This document shows, in pieces, positions 63,201 through 64,000 of a DNA stretch of 64,000 nt. Each line of letters begins with the position of its first letter. Position 1 is the first letter of the stretch. Where the stretch lies: NCBI GenBank assembly GCA_030650425.1, contig JAUSED010000005.1, forward strand, positions 78,932 to 142,931, given 5' to 3'. The DNA is from Candidatus Omnitrophota bacterium (GTDB lineage Bacteria > Omnitrophota > Gorgyraeia > Gygaellales > Profunditerraquicolaceae). The translations under genes were made by a program, and so were the position numbers. The notes beneath the pieces were generated by a model that saw nothing but the letters and a program-made list of their open reading frames with translations, ran no database searches and was not told the origin of the DNA.

Positions 63201-63998
63201 CTTGCAGGCAGATGGAAAGAAGCTGAACGTTACAAGAGGGCTCAAGCAGTAATGAACTTCGCTCCATACCGCAGTAATTATGTCCCAGAAGATGGGTACC
63301 CTCAAACCATAATTTTACCGGGAGAAAGAATTATTGTTCAAAACGAGAAAAGAGAAATGTTTAAATTACCTCTGCAACAACTCGATCCTGATGCTGAATT
63401 TCTTGCCCGCTACGGACTACCTGACAAAAAATCTATAACTAAATATTTATCTTCAAGCCCATTGGCCGAAGTCGCCGCCTCGCCGGTGATAAACAGGCAA
63501 TCCATAACTTATGAAGAATTTGCCGATGATAAACTAGTCAGATTATTACAAAGCGCATCAGAAGAAGAAGTATGGGAGGGCATAATTCAATCCTTAGAAA
63601 AGCCAAGTCTCACTAAGAAAGAGGTGTCGGTAATTTTTGAGAATATTGTAAAGATATGTTATATGGAATATGGATATTACAGGTTCTCCGGTTTTTACTC
63701 TAAGGAGAAATTCCGCGAATTTTTTAAGAGGCTATTAGCATTTAAAGAGGAAATAACCGAAAGGATATTTGTAAATGAAGAAATTAAAATTCTATTCAGG
63801 AAAAGAATTGAAATTCTGAACAAAGTTTTAGATCTATCTGCGGCCGTTCCTTATGAGGTAATTCACTACCAAAGAGAGGATAGGATCATTCCTAAAGACA
63901 CCGATGGTTATTCTTTACCTTTAGCATTTTTAAGAATAATAGCTTTGACTATTTACGATACGTTGAAGGTTAATTTGACAAATAAGGTGGTTGCTATG
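3..63998 (+). CDS. Giant uninterrupted ORF, partial at both ends (21,332 codons in window), encoding a multi-module signalling/regulatory mega-protein
   Basis: The frame with codon starts divisible by 3 has no stop codon in the window. The ORF track lists ATG-to-stop ORFs in the other five frames but none in this one, as expected if it is never closed. Recognisable protein motifs occur in this frame from the first to the last kb, and the terminal 2 nt are left over as expected. The true gene is therefore longer than 64 kb. Confidence 0.85.
3030..3500 (+). other. Degenerate HD-like domain (RelA-type, HD dyad replaced by HK)
   Basis: ETYFHHALAAAKTL...AAFLHKL aligns to EPYIxHPLxVA...ALLHDV of RSH hydrolase domains but lacks the Asp of the HD dyad. 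It lies immediately upstream of the synthetase domain. Confidence 0.3.
3675..4060 (+). other. RelA/SpoT-type (p)ppGpp synthetase (nucleotidyltransferase) domain
   Basis: SRVKSAYGMFEKI...FEALKDILGTHIIS...KGYEAIHIDVEI...PYEIVIFS matches RPKHIYSIYRKM...FDVRAVRIV...GYQSIHTVV...VEVQIRT of RelA/SpoT synthetase domains. Confidence 0.55.
5607..6030 (+). other. HD domain of the SpoT/Mesh1 (p)ppGpp-hydrolase type with an intact HD dyad
   Basis: YELARQIHRGKKRDNGEPYLMHPIAVV...ALIDHDVFEE...LMKMADKLHSLKT matches AHxGQxRxSGEPYIxHPLxVA...LLHDVVED...KLADRLHNMRT. Confidence 0.65.
7311..7410 (+). mobile_element. MITE/REP-like nested palindromic element inserted in frame (copy 1)
   Basis: A perfect 11-bp inverted repeat gtcattgcgag (7329-7339) / ctcgcaatgac (7390-7400) encloses a perfect 27-nt palindrome, cgaagcaatctcg a cgagattgcttcg (7352-7378). 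The encoded peptide is R/C-rich (PIVSLRANEVSEAISTRLLRRCAPRND), unlike the flanking protein. A related copy lies 0.8 kb downstream. Confidence 0.55.
8114..8222 (+). mobile_element. MITE/REP-like nested palindromic element inserted in frame (copy 2, about 70% similar to copy 1)
   Basis: Outer perfect 11-bp terminal inverted repeat gttgcgaaatg (8114-8124) / catttcgcaac (8212-8222). Inner repeats cgtcatcctgag (8133-8144) / ctcagaatgacg (8190-8201) and cgaaggatctcg (8150-8161) / cgagattcttcg (8169-8180). Same architecture as copy 1: GTCAT..GAGCGAAGCGAAG.AATCTCG...CGAGATT.TTCG...CTCAGAATGAC. The encoded peptide is FRHPERSEGSRYRRDSSAFGLRMTQ. Confidence 0.55.
10970..11340 (+). other. Domain of unknown function, copy A of an internally duplicated module
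   Basis: PKLSLGLPMVIKSFHNLDEIRYLQEMAGNFELQFCVVSPKRTPYPLLIFSKEL...RFVPFA is clearly homologous to 31540-31870 (LELGLLMATKPFLNLREVRNIQELAGDFELQFTVIFPKGARHPLVVFSREL...RFVPFA). Both copies are followed by HTH domains. Confidence 0.5.
11440..11620 (+). other. LuxR/GerE-type HTH DNA-binding domain
   Basis: TDRELEIWRLWAKGVDREAIGKALNEGERFIKRVISKIITKFNISKRGQIAHF matches the LuxR C-terminal pattern LTxRExEVLxLxAxGxSNKEIAxxL.ISxxTVKxHxxNIxxKLxVxNRxxA. Confidence 0.5.
11925..12060 (+). other. Second LuxR-type HTH
   Basis: LSEREKKILWLFIAGYNPKAIALTLSLPEGILLSDILFAMKQKL. Confidence 0.4.
16560..17440 (+). other. TPR repeat tract followed by a TM helix (17455-17520)
   Basis: Repeated motifs such as W..LG..YY..GD...A...Y..A and A.Y.LG.I.F.QGK.DEA; then LPMLFVGLVLFIIAGISAG. 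Confidence 0.5.
18703..18747 (+). repeat. 17-bp near-perfect inverted repeat (hairpin) within coding sequence
   Basis: ggacacaatccttaatt (18703-18719) is complementary to aattaagtattgtgtcc (18731-18747) with one mismatch. It is followed by the tandem cctggaattc ctggaattc. Confidence 0.5.
18785..19150 (+). other. CheD-like (chemoreceptor glutamine deamidase family) domain
   Basis: GGRFVGCTACLFWDNNAGIHGFLHLFP resembles the CheD signature LGSCVAVCLYD...GGMNHFMLP. Confidence 0.3.
20100..20400 (+). other. Possible GNAT acetyltransferase fold
   Basis: IQEESLYGKGYVNEILFWI resembles the acetyl-CoA-binding motif A (Q/RxxGxG/A). Similar weak GNAT-like segments occur at 18200-18500 and 38390-38770 (RHNGYGIKIFRTAIKAL). 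Confidence 0.25.
20545..21040 (+). other. GGDEF diguanylate cyclase domain (GGEEF active-site motif)
   Basis: DLLTGAYNRRYLDE...[26 protein letters not shown]...FRYGGEEFCVI...VTVSIGV...ADQALYKAKENGRNRV contains all the GGDEF hallmarks. Confidence 0.8.
22290..22830 (+). other. Protein-kinase-like fold (atypical)
   Basis: FADSKPENVIIHH resembles the catalytic loop HRDLKPENILL, and the downstream IDMDN sits in the DFG position as in atypical or aminoglycoside-type kinases. Confidence 0.3.
24780..25240 (+). other. TPR repeat tract
   Basis: LNDFGAICLDQGRYSLARILFEVGL...HFQLGYVSYLLGEFNLAFAYFQTAKRLG...LGDFDNALKEFQEMMQAG. Confidence 0.5.
27500..27620 (+). other. HExxH zinc-metallopeptidase-like motif (HEYVH at 27526-27540)
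   Basis: VVRIIIHEYVHYYSFYSP...AEVFAETIVEMIY. This is a minimal gluzincin/ImmA-like signature, weak on its own. Confidence 0.25.
29220..29960 (+). other. Sigma-70 family module (region 2 and region 4-like)
   Basis: GLIKKIIASYKVT...LEDAAIFGAKIAALKYHPERGVKFMTFAWNVIKHEI matches region 2 (LVxSIAKRY...[37 protein letters not shown]). The C-terminal segment ...DQFGFSIVAKQRGIKRQTVTKAYYLVLATLR resembles region 4. Confidence 0.55.
30229..30480 (+). other. Low-molecular-weight phosphotyrosine phosphatase/ArsC-like domain (CxGNxxRS P-loop)
   Basis: GGIKVVFLCNGNRWRSAAMYLW matches the LMW-PTP P-loop V(L/C)FVCxGNxCRS. Confidence 0.4.
31540..31870 (+). other. Domain of unknown function, copy B of the duplicated module (see 10970-11340)
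   Basis: See copy A. It is followed immediately by the XRE HTH array. Confidence 0.5.
31995..33105 (+). repeat. Tandem array of about seven XRE/Cro-C1-type HTH units (about 160 nt each), two of them near-duplicate
   Basis: Units such as LRQIREKMGLSQKELVNRLGFLNLSAITFYEIGTVKMPLDFLNRI. LLQELRESLGYTPAKLAKVIGYTEVDILHWENAEAWIPSGVLRDIRKRVMPERLRQIREKM (32150-32340) is paralogous to LLKALREFLGYRAEKLARELGKGYTEEGILRWEEGKEWIPRGVLKEIRERLIPLRLRQIRKEV (32640-32810). Confidence 0.6.
33645..34200 (+). repeat. Three tandem repeats (about 60 aa / 185 nt each) of an uncharacterised W...GFL.W..AVKA.G..P motif
   Basis: WPLELFLSQLKTASKILGTNSSTAFLRKYRKIRRAFLFLREKGFLSDWNSAVKATGGQPAFR / WTKEIFLKQLKNAIKESGTSASWVIKDKYRKIYRAYLLYGIEWGFLNWASAVKACGAKPHLR / IIKTRKIFLYRLRQVFADLGTTSSREIKKRYPQLFISFIFCQEEWGYLDWSSAVRKTGNQPIS. 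Confidence 0.6.
35330..35900 (+). other. TPR repeat tract
   Basis: AEQLLNDGQYAEAIKLFKQVV...AKAYFISGKEHYLRGNYRRAINYFRKVLDV. Confidence 0.45.
36040..36700 (+). other. Second sigma-70-like module (region 2-like plus region 4-like HTH) ending at a junction motif
   Basis: HLWLVKLAAIRYL resembles LRLVVSIAKRYL, and FQGLSMEFITRRTELNEKEINQYLKQGGQEIQSL is an r4-like HTH. It is paralogous to 33370-33560 (LALNHEDMDNIIRLTGLTQEEIDRHLIEGGEKIQKISGL). Both end in xSSPV / SASPV. Confidence 0.35.
38865..38876 (+). repeat. Junction motif GCCGCCTCGCCG, exact copy, in phase (AASP)
   Basis: Exact 12-mer. Context PAASPVLGK. Confidence 0.9.
40960..41530 (+). other. Cluster of about 5-6 predicted transmembrane helices
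   Basis: Long hydrophobic runs such as WLSIFPAALFWAGYYLF, VIILASIALIGLTTIVF, IVGTTAVMRAIMVGSRTFLFSGIYFFSMIIFSALCSVFIL and FLVFMGAFFISDIVAMF. Further TM clusters lie at about 15440-15540, 19350-19500, 19770-19850, 38960-39070, 49020-49130, 49490-49620, 54640-54790, 56370-56860 and 57460-57540. Confidence 0.5.
41823..41834 (+). repeat. Junction motif GCCGCCTCGCCG, exact copy, in phase
   Basis: Context PAASPLAEE. Confidence 0.9.
43565..44400 (+). other. Radical SAM core domain (CX3CX2C plus GGEP)
   Basis: IITSKCNLQCAPCIAQ gives CNLQCAPC = CX3CX2C, and FVGGEPSLYG is the SAM-binding GGE motif downstream. Confidence 0.5.
46283..46980 (+). other. Calcineurin-like (PPP-family) metallophosphoesterase fold, partly degenerate metal ligands
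   Basis: VLVIPDIHCQY...IQIGDVISRGPE...RLLGSHELL...VVHAGV follows the DxH(x)nGDxxDRG(x)nGNHE pattern, with D to S in GDxxD and N to S in GNHE. Confidence 0.45.
48150..48440 (+). other. Two helix-turn-helix motifs
   Basis: WESQRRLAEEIGISEMTISNYLRRI and LKEWGIKELAALFGKTPHSIRQALPAINKRL. Confidence 0.4.
49310..49660 (+). other. M48/HtpX-like membrane zinc metallopeptidase module (HEITH at 49444-49458) with flanking TM helices
   Basis: GNYITINPNQLGNPDFELAKLMGHEITHITLGH resembles the M48 core (...ITvttGLL..L..dELegVlaHElgHi). Hydrophobic helices lie both upstream (49020-49130) and downstream (49490-49620). Confidence 0.45.
49990..50300 (+). other. Class I SAM-dependent methyltransferase fold
   Basis: GKTVIDAGTGDGVLAIMMAK (motif I, VLDxGxGxG), ...VDILVTNIG. 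Confidence 0.45.
50484..50495 (+). repeat. Junction motif GCCGCCTCGCCG, exact copy, in phase
   Basis: Context AAASPVSQ. Confidence 0.9.
53085..53096 (+). repeat. Junction motif GCCGCCTCGCCG, exact copy, in phase
   Basis: Context PAASPLAD. Confidence 0.9.
53205..53650 (+). other. LOG-family (lysine-decarboxylase-like / nucleotide phosphoribohydrolase) domain
   Basis: VAVFCSAR...YTIITGAGPGLMEAVGEGA...KADAFVIIPGGLGTLDELLEALTL...PIILLD matches the LOG signatures GGGxGLMGA and PGGxGTxEEL. Confidence 0.65.
53800..54290 (+). other. Second LOG/DprA-like Rossmann domain, more diverged
   Basis: AVGILGSHSF...ILYRGCQGITEAVDKA...LIFFAGGIGTLDILSDALCL...PIVLVN. Confidence 0.35.
54857..54896 (+). repeat. 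40-nt perfect direct repeat, copy 1 (contains a junction motif; encodes VGATVVTRGAASP)
   Basis: agttggagcgacggtggtgacgcgaggcgccgcctcgccg is identical to 61313-61352 and in the same codon phase. The flanks match for about 8 more nt with 2 mismatches. Confidence 0.9.
56370..56860 (+). other. Cluster of about 6 predicted transmembrane helices
   Basis: LSIIISYALLVPVF, VWIMTFAFLLLAW, IIFYLTAFCPGIFLSLITTLSLATIF, VDIFFSAVAVAFFSYY and AYFILVMLL. Confidence 0.45.
57580..58240 (+). other. TPR repeat tract (about 6 repeats)
   Basis: ELYNQASRHLKNQKYQEALDLYIKLIKLAPNYIDAYIDRAYLY...GLFYYHLEGDYKKAVSYFEQAIGLEPDNPINHNDLGGAYFKLGKYGLAEEAYTKAI...ANRAFLRFKLDRYKAAKQDIQEATSLNPN. Confidence 0.6.
59440..59730 (+). 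other. Class I SAM-dependent methyltransferase fold
   Basis: QVLDAGCGEGVFTILAANLGASKVIGVD (motif I) ...FDKIITNIP (motif IV-like). Confidence 0.45.
59963..59974 (+). repeat. Junction motif GCCGCCTCGCCG, exact copy but out of phase with the ORF (read as APPRR)
   Basis: 59963 is not divisible by 3. The ORF frame reads ...KQAPPRRWGKMIKISF..., whereas the +1 frame would read EAGAASPLGKNDQNIL before hitting TGA at 60008. Confidence 0.8.
60700..61130 (+). other. Class I SAM-dependent methyltransferase fold
   Basis: HDILVVGPGNGLDTWFVSRQTRRKIYVAGINP...FDRIIWNMPTYYP...LKPNGIALVW. Confidence 0.45.
61313..61352 (+). repeat. 40-nt perfect direct repeat, copy 2 (immediately upstream of the antisense toxin cassette)
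   Basis: Identical to 54857-54896. Confidence 0.9.
61380..61865 (-). CDS. vapC: PIN-domain ribonuclease toxin (VapC-like), encoded antisense within the giant ORF and in codon registry with it
   Basis: The 161-aa translation has the PIN hallmarks IFVDSNIFIYHF (N-terminal Asp), TSVIVVAELLHRL (Glu), LLTNDALNLALM (Asp) and C-terminal IATNDRDFERI (Asp). Its start ATG (61863-61865) abuts the TAG stop of the upstream small ORF. It ends at the TAA complementary to the plus-strand TTA at 61380-61382. Confidence 0.75.
   Translation of the reverse strand: MLAKVKSGKKIFVDSNIFIYHFLGINDNATNFLQRCEQKEIIAYTSVIVVAELLHRLMIAETIEIYNISSHKAVSYLKSHPQITKELSKCHIAINSIPKLNIKIWPLNESVFDTAQLIIKQSGLLTNDALNLALMRIRKIRNIATNDRDFERIKDITVFRP
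61866..62069 (-). CDS. vapB: Antitoxin of the DUF104 type that commonly pairs with PIN toxins; start taken at the internal Met preceded by a Shine-Dalgarno
   Basis: MTKTILGIYERGVIRPLSKVPLAEHQRIEIRFELP... matches the MxxxIxAIYENGVLKPLEPLDLPEGTEVRV antitoxin signature. AAGGAG lies 7 nt upstream of this ATG on the minus strand. The track ORF (61866-62189) extends further 5' but without an SD. Confidence 0.7.
   Translation of the reverse strand: MTKTILGIYERGVIRPLSKVPLAEHQRIEIRFELPKTTTEVTRAIIHIKRGIAKILAESPNFSPLNN
62077..62119 (-). promoter_or_regulatory. Sigma-70-type promoter plus Shine-Dalgarno for the antisense TA operon
   Basis: The minus strand reads TTGACA (62119-62114) - 18 nt - TATACT (62095-62090) - tttttag - AAGGAG (62082-62077) - aaaaaat - ATG (62069-62067). 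Confidence 0.6.
62133..62144 (+). repeat. Junction motif GCCGCCTCGCCG, exact copy, in phase (immediately beyond the antisense cassette promoter)
   Basis: Context LAASPIRI. Confidence 0.9.
62400..63200 (+). other. Second CX3CX2C motif (possible radical-SAM-like module)
   Basis: GFGCLRPCPHCSEG gives CLRPCPHC = CX3CX2C at 62415-62438. The domain extent is uncertain. Confidence 0.3.
63474..63485 (+). repeat. Junction motif GCCGCCTCGCCG, exact copy, in phase
   Basis: Context VAASPVIN. Confidence 0.9.
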
Positions 63999-64000
63999 CA

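Noticed and set aside
1750-63485. Junction repeats as a CRISPR array or as type-I signal-peptidase (AxA) sites.
   Set aside because: Spacing is irregular (0.3-3.5 kb) and the repeats are translated in frame, so they are not CRISPR. Pro at +1 after AAS is incompatible with signal peptidase I cleavage, and there are no preceding signal-peptide-like h-regions at most copies.
1-64000. tRNA, rRNA or intergenic regulatory regions on the plus strand.
   Set aside because: There is no intergenic space and no cloverleaf-like or rRNA-like segments were recognised. Apart from the antisense cassette, all sequence is accounted for by the single ORF.

Overview
This 64 kb window appears to lie wholly inside one giant plus-strand gene. 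The frame whose codons start at positions divisible by 3 (codons 3-5, 6-8, ...) has no stop codon from 3 to 63998, which is 21,332 codons with neither a start nor a stop in the window. I translated the frame by eye and spot-checked coordinates; the ORF track is consistent with this because it lists no ORF in that frame. Recognisable domains occur along its whole length: a histidine-kinase ATPase tail, a RelA/SpoT-like synthetase with a degenerate HD, a separate intact HD, LuxR-type and tandem XRE-type HTH units, GGDEF, two sigma-70-like modules, LMW-PTP-like, protein-kinase-like, PPP-type metallophosphatase-like, CheD-like and GNAT-like domains, two radical-SAM CX3CX2C motifs, an M48-like HExxH peptidase, class-I methyltransferases, two LOG-like domains, TPR/HEAT tracts and several transmembrane clusters. 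The modules are punctuated about 38 times by a short GC-rich motif, consensus GCCGCCTCGCCG(G/C)T(T/G), encoding (A/S)(A/S)SP(V/L/I). It is conserved at the nucleotide level: nine copies are exact, one is out of phase with a local compensating frame shift, and one lies in a 40-nt perfect direct repeat 6.5 kb from its twin. The most striking feature is an antisense PIN-domain toxin (VapC-like) plus DUF104-type antitoxin pair on the minus strand at 61380-62069. It has its own TTGACA-N18-TATACT promoter and an AAGGAG Shine-Dalgarno, is in exact codon registry with the giant ORF, and sits between two exact junction motifs. The plus frame stays open through it because it avoids TTA/CTA/TCA codons in that span only. 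Two diverged MITE-like palindromic elements (about 7311-7410 and 8114-8222) also sit in frame inside the ORF. No rRNA, tRNA or CRISPR array was seen. The other minus-strand and alternate-frame ORFs in the track look like antisense or frame artefacts. Most coordinates are approximate, domain calls rest on motif recognition without database searches, and I corrected at least one reading slip during translation.
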